64,000 nt of DNA from the human T2T-CHM13v2.0 reference genome, Homo sapiens: NCBI RefSeq assembly GCF_009914755.1, contig NC_060929.1. One strand, given 5' to 3'. The notes beneath the pieces are model-generated. The model was not told where the DNA came from, made no database searches, and saw only the letters and a list, made by a program, of their open reading frames with translations. A program made the position numbers and the translations under genes. This document shows, one piece after another, positions 42,571 through 64,000 of the stretch (the first letter of the stretch is position 1; each line of letters begins with the position of its first letter).

Positions 42571-45500
42571 ATTCATTCTACAAACTGAGAAGCTTAAGTA
42601 ACAGAAATTTATTTTCTCACAGACTTGGAAGACAGAAGCCTGAAATCAAGTTGTTAGTAGGGCCATTGCCCTCTGAAGGCTCTAGAGGCAAATCTTTTCT
42701 TGCCTCTTTCAGCTTCCGGTGGCTCCCAGCAATCCCTGACATTCTTTTCCTTGTAGTAACACAACTCTAATCCCTACCTCAGTCTTCACACAGTGTTCTC
42801 CCCTGTGGGTCTCTCAATCTCTCACTCCTCATAAGGACAAGTCTTTGCATTCAGGGCCCCTCAAATCCAGTGTGACCTCATCTTAATTTGATTATCTTTG
42901 TAAAGATGCAATTTCCAAATAAGGTCACATTTGTATGTACTGCGGGTTAGGACTTGAACATATATTTTTAGGGGGCACAAGTGAACCCACATCAGAGGTC
43001 AAGCCACAAAGCAGCCTACATGGCGAAACCAGTCTTGTCGTGAAAATGTAAACTGAGGTAAGGGCCATGCTGCCTTGGAAAGCGTTCTGTGTTGTCATTC
43101 CAGAGCCACGGGGGCTGGATAGTGACAACAGAGGTGGGTTGCAGATCTATGGGCTACTCTTTGCAGAGGCAGTAAGTAGGGACTGCCACAGCATTCAATT
43201 AATTTCCTGTAAGAATACATTTTATTCAAGTTGATAAAAAAGCTATACTTATTAATATTGCATAACATTCCTGTGCTATCAAATGAGAATCTCCAGAAAT
43301 GAATTTGAATAGCTATAAAACCCACATTTTTCTGCAGATACATGTGTAGCCACCTGAGAGCCAGGTCCCTCAGTGTCCACAGACATAGCCCTGCCACCTA
43401 CCGCCTGCTTCCCAGAGCAATGAAGCTTCTGCTAACTCAGGCTTATCCCAGTCTCTATTTCAGGCCATCAGCTGGATGAAGAATTAATTTAGTAAGCATG
43501 AAACAGCTTGCAAAGCATTGGTGAGTGGCTGAGGGCCATGAAACAAGACCACCGTGTGGCCCATCTCTGAAGATGAATCCAACAGCAGTGACTCTACCTG
43601 CGTCCTCCCCATCTTTTCTGCTTTTTCATACAATGGCTTATTCACTGCGTGTGACATCATCACTAGCACTGTGTTTATCTATCACATTTCTTCTGTTTTG
43701 TGGGTTTGTTTTGCATTAAAGGTCTACTTCTCTGAGCTTTGAGCTGTAAGGCTTGACTGTGAGCAGCAACTGAAGAGTGTGGCACCTCACACTTGGTAGG
43801 AAGAAGCTGAATGACAGATGTCGGCAGTGAGGGTGGGGAAAGCAGCCAGGTACAAAGCAGCTGTTTTTTAGGCTAACCATTGAAGGGAAGCTCCTAATCC
43901 CTGAGTTAACTTTTAGCAGAGATTAACTCAGTCTATCTATTGGGATGTAAAGGATTTGGGCATAAAGGTATGTTAATTCGGAGGCTCTGGAATGTATAAC
44001 AATTTCTCCCATTGAAATTTATGATAATTAAGTGTTCAACTTACTGGAATTTTCCCCACAAGACTCTTCTGGGATGAATTTGCCTTGGGGAGAAGACTAC
44101 GTAACTGAAAACCAGCATCCAGGCCCTCAAGAAGAAATATAATCTCCAACAGTCTCCTTTTCAATTTCTGTCAAATGTCTGGCTTCTCTTGAAGGGATGT
44201 TCACGAGAAGGGACAGCCGCCCTCCTCCGAGCCTCCTGTTTCAGCTGATGCACCTTCAAGTACAAGGTCCTGTTCTTGGGCTGTTAAAGTTTCCCTCAAG
44301 AAAAAAACCTTACATTTGCCAATGCACTTGATGTAAAGTTGTTGAGGATGTTGACTCTCCTTTAAACATTTATTGAAGCTAGGAATAAACTTAACTGGAC
44401 CTGTGTATAGGAAATCTTAAATTTCTACTAAGAGATGAAAAAAAGAATTCCCTTCCCTTCCTTAACAATTCAGCTCCCATTACACAAAACCAAACAAGAT
44501 GGGATTCTGTTGTGGGGGGACAGAACTTCATTGTCCTGAAGCTAGGTGTTGGAGCCCAAGCAGGGTGAGGAGGGAGTCAAGGAGGCCCATGTGGTGGTGG
44601 AGCATGGCCTGGCATGGGTCTCAGTGCCCAAGCAAGGTGAAGAGGGGACCATGCAGGGAGTGAGGGTGTCACTGCCCAAGTGAGGTGAGTAGGGCAATTT
44701 TGAAAAGTCATGAAAGTTGAGGAAGGGCTGAGGCACCATTCTAGATTGAAGGAGACTAAAAAGATGCAACACTCACAATGCACAATTCTAAACTGAAATC
44801 TTTGCTCTAAAGGACATTAGGACAATGAAAGAAACTTGCACGGGGTCTGAGCATTAGGTAGTAGTAATGAATTGATGTTGAGTCCCTAATTTTCATGGTT
44901 GTATGCTGATGATGTAGGAGGTTCTTGTAGGAAATACGCACTCAAAAGTATTCTGAGGTGATGGGGCATCATATCAGAAGCTTATTCTCAAATGGTTCAG
45001 GAAGGAAAAAGTTTTATACTATACTTCTTTGGCAAGTTTAGATAGTTTCAAAATAAAATTTTTTTAAAAAGAGCATTTGTTAACCATCAGTTTGGTAAAA
45101 GGTGAAAAATGTTGATAATACCTAGTGTTTGTGAAGGTGTGGAGAAACAAAGTTTCATACACTATAAAAGTATAAATTGTTACAATATTTTTGGAGAGCA
45201 ATTTTCCAGTATGTAGCAAAAATTTAAAAGCAAATCTTAACTCAGCAATTCTGCCTTTAGAAATGTATTTGTAGGATAACATACAGGAGAGAAAAATGTA
45301 TTTTACTGCAACACTGTTGATACTAACAAAAACTGTAAACCACCAAAACATTTATCATGAGGGGGTTAAGTAAAGTATGGTATAACTATACAATGAGTGT
45401 ACTAGGAAACCCTTAGAAAGAATGCAGAAAGATGTATGTGGACTTTTACAGAAAGGTGAGCTACTGTCTAAATGCAAATGTGCCAATATCATGTATATAC

Positions 45501-45751
45501 AGTCAGGTTCCTTTTGTTAAAAACCAAAAGCGTATGTTTAGAAGCAAAAGCACTCATATAAAGGCCTGGTATAGAGCAGTGGCTAAAAACAGTGCCAAGA
45601 TACTGCCTCAACTTCCTCTCACATGCTGCCCTGGTGATACTGAGGCTGGTTCAGGAACCATGACAGCCTGTTTGTATGAATTCCTTAAAGCACAAATTAC
45701 TTAGTTTCTTTCATAACAGTCACCTAATCCCTTAGTTTAAAATGGTTGTGT

Positions 45752-46119
45752 TCATGGAATACTATGCAGCCATAAAAAAGGAGATCACATCCTTTGCAGC
45801 AACATGAGTGGAGCTGGAGGCCATTATCCTAAGAGAACTAATGCTGCAACGGAAAAACCAAATACCGCATGTTTTCACTTACAAGTGGGAGCTAAACAAT
45901 GAGAACACATGGATACAAAGAGGGGAAAAACAGACACTGAGGCCTACTTGAGGGTGAAGGGCAGGAGGAGGAAGAGTATCAGAAAAAATTCCTATTGGGT
46001 ACTATGCTTATTACCTGGGTGATGAAACAATTTGAACACCAAATCCCTGTGACACAGTTTACCTACATAACAAACCTGCACATGTACTCCTGAACCTAAA
46101 AGTTACAATAAATAAAAAA
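45752..46119 (+). mobile_element. 5'-truncated L1PB/L1MA 3' end
   Basis: catggaatactatgcagccataaaaaa...aaacctgcacatgtac. TSD taaaatggttgtgt at 45738-45751 and 46120-46133. Confidence 0.88.
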
Positions 46120-46753
46120 TAAAATGGTTGTGTGCTGACAGGAAATAAGTGTTCCAGATCTGCTTGCCTCCTACCCCCTTAAGAACGCCCAGCGCCAAGG
46201 ACAGCTTCACAGTGATGTGCTGAATTTGTTTTTTCTCTGCCCCACCCACCATTTTGCTTCTGGTAAGATTTTGAATCCCTGGTTAATTAATGAAGAACTA
46301 ACCTTACAATGGGTATATGCTTGTGGTCCCTTTCCACCAGCCCCCAGCCCACCTAACATACTAGTTGTGGGACTGCCTAAAGAAAGAATGTCAGGAAGGC
46401 CAGAGAGGCGAGCTGAGGATCCCCAGGTGGAGGCCTCCACAGTAAGTGCCACAAGGCCATTGCATCATGAGGGCGTGTTCCATGAAGATGTTCTAGCCAT
46501 GGTGTTTGTCCACTGTCCCATGTGCCTGACTGCTTGGGCACAGTGGACAGTGGTCTTAGCCAAGGCCTAGTTATGTTCAGGGGCAGATCCCTGGCTTCTC
46601 CTAAATGCACTGGCCGTGAAAAGGGGCAGTCAGCTTCAGAGGGAGTTGAGGAGCTGGGGATGGGGAAGGCTTTGAAGATGCCCCTCAAAGCCCCACTGGA
46701 TGTCAATCAGCCAGTTTCCAGACAAGATAAACTAGATAACTTGCAGGATTCTA

Positions 46754-47110
<357 letters not shown>

Positions 47111-47127
47111 AGAAGTAGCTAAAACAA

Positions 47128-47159
<32 letters not shown>

Positions 47160-47577
47160 GGGGTTGGGGAGGAAGGTGTTAAGATCACAGGAATAAATAA
47201 AAATGTTAGCATAGTATTGCTATCACAGTATTTCTGTTGTTACATGCTTGAGTCAATCTTTGTTTTTAGAGGAAAAAAGCGTCCAGAAAAAGAAGGACGC
47301 TGGAACCTAGGAACTCCATGATTTGTGCTGAGGTTTTTTTGTTTTTTGTTGCAATGGTGTATTCTGAGGACAGGGTCTAAGAAATAACTTCTTAGTTATT
47401 CAAATGACTTCTGAATGAAACATTAAAAATACTGAATTGAAATGACCCCAAAACGTCTTAACTATTAGCAAATAGCTAACCTCTTGTATCCCAGATATTG
47501 TTTTGTGGAAAGAAAATGAACTTGCTGGATAAGAGACCAACTGAAACAAAATGGAAAGCATGGCAGTGTGCTATATC

Positions 47578-47675
47578 CATATATATATACACACACACAC
47601 ACACATATATATATACATACATATATATACATACACATATATATATACATACACACATATATATATATATATATA
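47578..47675. repeat. Compound (TA)/(CA) microsatellite
   Basis: Seen directly. Confidence 0.9.
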
Positions 47676-47989
47676 CTTTTTACTAAGGCTAGGAACTTGA
47701 GGCGAGGATTTTTTCTTTCCCAGTTTGGATTCCCTTTAGAATTTTGGGTTCAGACAACAACTTTTACAGTTCTTGAACCAAGTTCCCTTTTACTGAAAGT
47801 TAACAAAATACAAAGAGGGGCTGTGGGCTGTGGGCTGTGAAAGGATTCTGTAGAAAATTGTAAGGCCCAGATTAAGAGCATGCAGACAGCAGTCTATCAG
47901 TCAGATTCTAACCTGAAAATCAGAAACCACTCAAGTGTTCAGATGGAAGAAATCTAATGCAGAGAATAGGTGACACACTCAGAGTCAAC

Positions 47990-50510
<2,521 letters not shown>

Positions 50511-51394
50511 TTAAAAAGATAGTCAATTTAACAACGTTTGTACAAAATTTTTATAAAGTACAGAGCATTTTTATTAAGCCTTAAAATAATCTTGTAAACA
50601 GGTCTTTTCCCTCATTTTACAGATGGGAAAATGACAGAACAGGAAATAAATCCATATTATTGCACTGAATGGAATATGGCCCCATGGTTTGCACCCAAGA
50701 CCAGAGGAACTTCACCTGCTCCTCTCTGGGGCTTTGCCCTGCCCACCCCAGGACCACTACTTATCCTCTGAGATCTTAAGGGACACTCACCAGAAATAGC
50801 CATGGTTAAGATGGTAAAAGTCTGGCTCTCACCAACCCTTCCTACAGTAATCTCCAGCACATCTGAATATTGCTGGGAAAACACAGGGGAAACAAGATGT
50901 GTACCATGTGAGTGAGCAGGCTGCCCAGGCCAGAAAGGCAAGCGTGAGGCAGCCCTCAACCCCCAACGTGTGGTTACTGGCCTCAGCTGGAGGCTCCTCC
51001 TGCTGAGCCCTTTTGCAGCCCGACAAAGACAAAACATGTTTGTTTAGAGACAATGGATTGCTTACTTAGAAGCAAGATACCACTCAGGAACATCCAAAAA
51101 ATAACTTTTCTCATGTTTCTTCTCAAGTTTTGTCTGAGTAGGGGGTGGTCCTTGAGGGATTTCCTTGACTTCCAGGTAAGAGTTGTCCTCCACTGCCCAA
51201 GCATCTAGATGCTGAGTCTTTGGACAGGGCCACCACACTTCAGACTTATTCCATACATTCTTATGCAAATACTTCTCATTCTAGGCAGCCTTCTAAGGAC
51301 CTTAACACTATTAATGTTTCCAACCCTCATTACAACCTGAGGTTGCTACTATTATCTTTACAAAAGACAGGTGAGGGCCCAGTATGGTAGCCTG

Positions 51395-51658
51395 TGGTGG
51401 TTCAGGCCTGTAATCTCAGCACCTTGGGAGTCTGAGGCTGGGCAGATTACTTGAGGTCAGGAGTTCAAGACCAGCCCAGCCAACAATGATGAAACCCTTT
51501 CTCTACCAAAAATACCAAAGTTAGCCTGGCATGGTGGCGCATGCCTGTAATCCCAGCTACTCTGGAGGCTGAGGCATGAGAATTGCTTGAGCTCAGGAGG
51601 TGGAGACTGCAGTGAGCTAATGCCCCTGCACTCCAGCCTGGGCGACAGAACGAGACCG

Positions 51659-51691
<33 letters not shown>
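51395..51691 (+). mobile_element. Alu (S-like)
   Basis: Dimer with long A tail. Confidence 0.9.
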
Positions 51692-51693
<2 letters not shown>

Positions 51694-53939
51694 CACGTGA
51701 GGACACACAAGTTTAGTTACTTGCCTAAAGTCATCTGGAAATAAGTGAAAGTCCTTATTTGAACTCAGGCTTCCTTGTGGAGACCATGTCCTCGGCCACT
51801 ATACTTCACTGACTCTACACAGGTTTCATGCAAACGGCTTCCTTCGCACAATGACACTATCCAGACCTGAGAACCGCCAGGTCTAAATGAGAATGGCTCC
51901 TCAGTAGGAAGACAATTGAAGTACTGTATTCTGCTTCCTTCTCCATGTCTCTAGGCCTTTAGCTGAAGCTGGAGAAGAGAAATGAAGGGTCTCCCCAGCC
52001 CAGGAACTCCTTGGGTACAGCTGTGGCCAATTACTCAAGGTCTTGATGCAGACAGACTTCAGGTCCCCAATGTCTGCCTTCAGCTAACACCATCTTCAGG
52101 TGTTGTCCTGGTGGTGATCCTCTCATTTCTGAATCCCACGGAGGAAAATTCCCCTGCATTGCAGGATTGGTGTTCAGTACCGTTTCACGCCCAGTGTCTT
52201 CATACACAAAACATGAAATTATTTTCCAGGCTTTCACCTTCAGACAAATTTGCTAATAGAGACATGCACTCCTATGGAAGGCTATTCCATACTGTTTTTT
52301 CAGGCTTTTCTTTTCTCTTTCTCCTCCCCGCTTTTCCCTCCCCCTTTATTTTTCCCACTTGCATATCGTTCTCTGGAAGGAACCGGGGGTGGTGCCTAAA
52401 CCATGTTCCATCCCTGGTCTGAGCAGGCTCAGCCGCACCAGTTCATTGGGTCTGTGCTACAAGGGAGACCCCACCATGTCTGGGATCAGCCTGAATGGCT
52501 TGTATCTGGCTGTAGGTACACTTGAGGACCTGGGCCCATTTCTGGAGCATGCGAGTAGATGGGGGCCGCAGTAGGAGCTTGTCTGGTGCTTAGTGGGGCT
52601 GAGGCACTCAGAATCCCCACCTGAGCTGTGGCCATCCTCTCCTTTGTTATTTAGCCTGCATCTCCCCAAAAGTAGACAGTGCATTAGGTTCAGCTGGAGC
52701 TCAAGTACGGGAGCTCTCCTGTGTGAGGAGCACATGGAAACCTCAGGTTAAAAACAACCAAAGCTGGTCTCATCTTCAGCAAAAAGAAGCCCAATCCATG
52801 TCCCCACGACTACGGGGAACGAGTACTCCATGGCACCCTCCTTCCTGCCCACACATCAGCCCTGCCAGAGACCAGCCTTGCTGGAGGATGCCTGGGCACT
52901 TCCGTAGCTGCCTTTACTCAGGTCATCCTAGTTCCTACTCCTCTCTCAGAAAACCCAATTCAACGTCCTGCCCAGATGTCACCAATTCCTCCCTCTTGGT
53001 TGGTCCTAGTCGCTGTCCTCTGAGCACCTGCAGTCTTAATTCATCCATTAGGGTGGTTGTGCTCACAGCCTTTCTCCCTTTATTCATCCTCATCTACCAG
53101 AATCTACTCCTGCTGCCATCCTCTCCCACCCAGTACCTGGGACAGGGACAGTGCCTAGTAGATCCTCAAGTATTTGCTGAATAAATCAGTCCAAGTCTGT
53201 GTATAGGGTCAGGCTTGCCAGTGTCATGTGCAAAGGAGGATAGAGAGCAAGTATGATCAGAACAGTCCAAGTGGAGCAGTGGTAGAAATGCTCCATCTCC
53301 CTTTCCTCCCTCAACTCCACCCTTCCCCACCGCAGCCATCAAAACTTACTGGTAGGGGTTTGGATACAAAGTGAAACAAATATACTCCTAGAAAGAGCAT
53401 GGAAACTATCTGGCTACAGAGATAGGAGTCCCAGAAGGAGATGGGAAACTACATGGCTGAGATTGTTCTCTTGTAAAGACAATGGGTTTTGAAACCAGAT
53501 ACCAGACTTCAAATTCAGCCTTTGCTGATTGGCCCACTCACAGTATTCTCAGACAGGTTACTCAATTCTCAGAAGAGTCTATTTTTACCCTTTGAGTTAC
53601 CTAGTTAACAGCTTCATACACAGCAGTAGTTTATGTTCAATTCTACATGTTCCTGACAGAGCTGTGTGTGGTGACTGATCACTCACACAACCTACCTGCT
53701 CCCCTGAGTTAGGATCTGGCCCAGTAACGACGATCACATGGCTCCACTGTGGTCCCCTCAAAATCTATCCTGTGCTCCTCCTAGGGAGGCACCTTCTAAC
53801 TTCTGGTGAAACCAGCTGAGCTGCTAGCCCTGTGGGATGAGTCTACTACCCTCTCTGGTTTGGATCTGGTATAACTTACCCAACAAAGATCTGGCACACA
53901 AATGGCTCTTGGGTATCCTCCATCTAAACTCACAGCCCG

Positions 53940-55120
53940 TTTTGATTTAAGGAATTTCTTTATTGGAATTCCACTTTACCTCGCCACAAGGAGCTGGCTT
54001 TCATGACAAAGAGAGAGTGAGCCCTGAACAAAGTATTCGTTAACATTTTACAACAGACAACATATACATGTCCTGCATGACATCTTTACAATAACACATT
54101 CCAAAAACAATCAAACATTTAACAGGATTATTAAGAAACATTAATTTCCTTCTCTCTAGATGACTGGTACTTTAGCTTTTTAGCTTCTGCAATAAAATGC
54201 GTTCCTTCTCAGCATTTCTATTCATAGGAATCCCTGAATCACTTCTGTCATGTAAGGTGCGAATTCATGTTGACGGTGTGTTCCATTAGTTACTGAATGT
54301 GTCAAAATCCTCTCCACGGTAGAACCTTTTATTGTAGCATAATGTGTGAATACCACTTCCAGGTTATCCCTCATCACAAATTCATCATTCATTATGGGAG
54401 TTCATCTGAAACTTTAAAAAAGTTTCATCCATTCAACTAATGTATCACAATAGTACGTTCATCAATTTGCATTTTTTATGAGTGACTCTCTCCTATCTCC
54501 TGTTAGACTTGTAAGTCTATGCTTTCTACTTTTCCTAAAAGGAAATCCAAATTTTGTTTCAGAAGTCATCATCACTGCCCCCTCCCAAACCAATTACATC
54601 AAGTTTATACTTAAAGACCACTAATATTAAATAAATTTATATTCCCTGAAACCTATCCTCCCTGAATTTGCCTGTTGGAGGCCCTTAGTTTTCCCACTGA
54701 CCAATGTGTAATTGGGATTCAAAGCTATACCTGAATTTCCTACATTTCTAGTAACAGAATTTACCAAACATGAACTTTCTGATGGTGATTACGTAACTTC
54801 TAATTGAAGCCCTTTCCTCATCTGTGTTTTATGTCCAGAAATGTCTACTGATTTTGAAGATTTGCTTCACATTCCATCACTCAGATCTAAGTTTTTCTCT
54901 CAAGTATGGACTGTTTTATATCCTGTAAGAGCTGAACTACCTTGACACTGGAGCCTTTCTTGCTTGCTATGATTGAAAATCACATAGAAAGGATTCCTCA
55001 TAATCCTCTAGGATGGTTTCATTTACACTGTGTAAATTACAAGCCATGACCCCCTACATTCTTACATTCATAAGGTATTTCTTCCATTTGAGTTCGGAGA
55101 GACTTGGTAAGCTCTGCCTG
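53940..55120 (-). other. ZFP62: 3' UTR of the zinc-finger gene
   Basis: Follows the stop at 55121. Repeat-poor, with minus-strand AATAAA at 54328-54333 and 53959-53964. The end coordinate is estimated. Confidence 0.7.
53959..53964 (-). terminator. Polyadenylation signal AATAAA
   Basis: Plus strand reads tttatt, about 1.15 kb downstream of the ZFP62 stop codon. Confidence 0.65.
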
Positions 55121-57967
<2,847 letters not shown>

Positions 57968-58389
57968 TTAAGTACTAGGGATACAACAATGAATATGACA
58001 AAATTTCTGCCCCTGTGGAACTAATGTTAAAATGCTAGAACCCTGGATTTTCAATGGAACAATGAGCTTTTCTATTCTTGCATAACAGCTTAGCATAGGG
58101 CAGGGTGAAATGATGCACAGAACCATGGGCAACACCAATCAGTTTTTAAACAATGTCACCCAGTCATGGAAAAACAAACAAGAGGGCAGAAGAAATCTCT
58201 GAAGAAGACAGAAAAATTCATAAGTAGGACAAAAGTTAGGCAAAACTTTTTTTTATTATGAAAAGTTAGACAAAATCAGCAGAGGACAGACAAAACTAAA
58301 GAGAAAAAATTAGTACCTGGGGAGGGGTATCAGGGAGAAGGCTATGAAACCATGAAGACAGTTACTGCAGAGATGAGGAAGAAGGCAAC

Positions 58390-61620
<3,231 letters not shown>

Positions 61621-62466
61621 GAAAGCAAATTTGTTTCCTCTTCTACACCTTCCCCTCCAGGTACTGCTTTGCCATCCTACTGCCTGTTGTATCTGGAAAA
61701 AGTGGTCTTCACATCCCACTCCTCTCATGCCTCATTTCTTCCACGCAGACCACACTGCATTAGCGTCTTCAGGCTGCTGCTTGCCCTCCGCGCTGCTGCC
61801 CCTGGATGTTTCTGGCCCCTCCTTCCACCTTGAGACATTCCTCTCCTGGCTCCACATATTCCCCTGGGAGCCCTCATGGCTCCCAGCACTCCCACACACC
61901 GTCTCAGGTCCTCATCTCTGCCCAGGATCCCTCTCAATTACAGAGCCTCATATCCACCTTGCCACCCACACTTTTGCCTAAATCAGAAATGGGCTACTTC
62001 CCTTGGCCACATCCAAAACAGCCCCTAGGACCGCTGATTCTATTGCCTAAGTAGTTCTGAAGCTCCCACCCCATCCCCCACCTCCTTCTTACTGCTAAGG
62101 CCTTAGTTTGAGCCTTCTAAATTCTCTTCTGCATGACTGCCATCGTTTCTAGACCTTCACTCTTATCCCTGCCCAATTCTTTCTCCAACCACTGTGAAGA
62201 ATTTTTGTAAAATGCACACCTAGTCACTGGGCAGTGCCAAGTTCTCCCAGGCTACTTACTGTGGCACCTAAAGCCTTCTGCACCAGCCGCCTGTGCAACT
62301 GTCAACCCTCACTGCCACTCCACTCACTGATTCTCAGCCTGATCTGTCCTCCTTTGTTTCTTTGACAAGTGGATTATTCGTTTTCTTCCTGTCCTCTGGG
62401 ATTCCATGTTAGACTGGCTGCTGACTGGCCTGGTCTGCCTAAAATCACAGACACTTTGCCACTTAC

Positions 62467-62640
62467 CTCTCTAACCTAGGTGAAGGCCAGGGGCCTCCCT
62501 GTTCTGGCTCTGCTTAAACCCCTCTGTTTGGGTTGGGGCGCATGATGTCCCGTCACCTGATGTAGTTCATCCAATCCTCTTCTTGAGTGAAATCAAAATG
62601 GATTAACATAAACATGCATCTTCAATGAAAATAGATGGCT
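62467..62640 (-). pseudogene. Candidate decayed KRAB-box exon relic
   Basis: One frame reads DFTQEEDWMNYIR*RDIMRPNPNRGV*AEPEQGGPWPSPRLE, ending at a consensus donor GAG|GTAAGT (62467|62466-62461). Resembles KRAB-A DFTQEEW...YRDVM and KRAB-B EQGEEPW. By-eye similarity only. Confidence 0.4.
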
Positions 62641-63001
62641 TGAAATGAAATCTATGTTAATCAATACTAAGATCCATCAAAAACACAGGCAGAAAAGCAC
62701 CAAGACAGCACTAGAGTAAATGCTGCTAAAACATAAAGACAATACAAAGAATGTAACACATAAGGATAATTAAGTTATCCTTATAAACAATACTGGAGAT
62801 GCATTCTAGGGTATCAGTTATTTCTGAGGCTAAGTGTTGCCCAAGGAACTTAAGACTATTGTCTGCATCCTGTTTGTTTTCCAGGCCCCGGGCTATTCCT
62901 ATCCAAAGACATGGATATGACAAGGCCCTGCCATCAAGGTGCCTGCAGACTAGTAGGAGAGTCTGGTAGGAAAATAACCATATGATAAAAATGACAGAGG
63001 C

Positions 63002-63309
63002 GGCCGGGCATGGTGGTTCACGCCTGTAATCCCAGCACTTTGGGAGGCTGAGGCGGGCAGATCATGAGATCAGGAGATCGAGACCATCCTGGCTAACACC
63101 GTGAAACCCCATCTCTACTAAAAATACAAAAAAATGGCCGGGCATGGTGGTGGGCGCCTGTAGCTCCAGCTACTAGGGAGGCTGAGGCAGGAGAATGGCA
63201 TGAACCTGGGAGGCGAGCCTGCAGTGAGCTGAGATCGTGCCACTGCACTCCAGCCTGGGTGACAGAGCAAGACTATGTCTCAAAAAAAAAAAAAAAAAAA
63301 AAAAAAAAG
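63002..63309 (+). mobile_element. AluY-like
   Basis: gagatcgagaccatcctggctaacac; gaatggcatgaacc. Confidence 0.9.
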
Positions 63310-63574
63310 CAAATACAGGACATGGAGGGTGGGAAAGGGGGGATGGACTACAGGAATAGCTTCAGGAAGAGAAGAGTGCCAAGGGAAGAGCAGGTACAGA
63401 GGAACTGGTGTTCACCCCCCGAAGACATCTGGGGCAGGCAAAGGGAAAATCAGACAGGTAGGCAAAGACAAGGGCTGCAACCATAAGGAGTCCAGACTTG
63501 ATCCTCGGGAGCTTCGGGCAAAGGAGTAGCAAACTTGGATATGCGTTTTGGAAAAATTACTTATTTTATTAAAC

Positions 63575-63752
63575 TGGAGTTGGCAAACATTTTCTGTAAG
63601 AACCAGGTAGCATATATTTTAGGCTTTGTGGGCCACACAGAACTGCTGAGTACTATTTTTGTTTAAGCATTCCTTTAAAAGTGTAAAAATCATTCTTAGT
63701 TTGTAGGCCATACAAAAACAGTCCACAAGCCCAGCAGTGTGCCCACCTCTGT
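63575..63752. mobile_element. MER58-like hAT-Charlie element
   Basis: gttggcaaacattttctgtaa...ttttaggctttgtgggccaca...gcccacctctg. Confidence 0.6.
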
Positions 63753-63759
63753 TAGATAA

Positions 63760-64000
<241 letters not shown>

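Overview
Primate (almost certainly human) genomic DNA, rich in Alu, L1, MaLR and ERV repeats. It contains no prokaryotic-type features. The only convincing protein-coding sequence is one large minus-strand exon (57822->55121) encoding a 26-finger C2H2 protein without a KRAB domain, which I recognise as ZFP62. From recalled synteny (5q35.3; not provable from this window), the CpG islands at ~8.7-10.9 kb and ~16.2-17.6 kb are alternative promoters/5'-UTR exons of MGAT1 (coding exon off the left edge). The island at ~37.2-38.3 kb would be the HEIH/LINC00847 lncRNA promoter. Two adjacent HERV-K-class LTRs (LTR5_Hs-type and MER11) with intact 6-bp TSDs lie at 33.7-36.1 kb. Most notable observations: (1) an apparent fossil KRAB exon in the ZFP62 intron; (2) a start codon completed by splicing (A|TG); (3) a modular higher-order finger repeat that continues as decayed fingers into the C-terminal tail and 3' UTR; (4) a MER11 'solo' LTR retaining a PBS stub and a second LTR terminus, suggesting non-homologous proviral deletion; (5) a 49-bp VNTR multiplying DR1-like sites; (6) a GC-shifted Alu inside a CpG island; (7) a perfect 28-bp inverted repeat in unique intronic sequence. 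Repeat subfamily calls and many boundaries are by-eye estimates.
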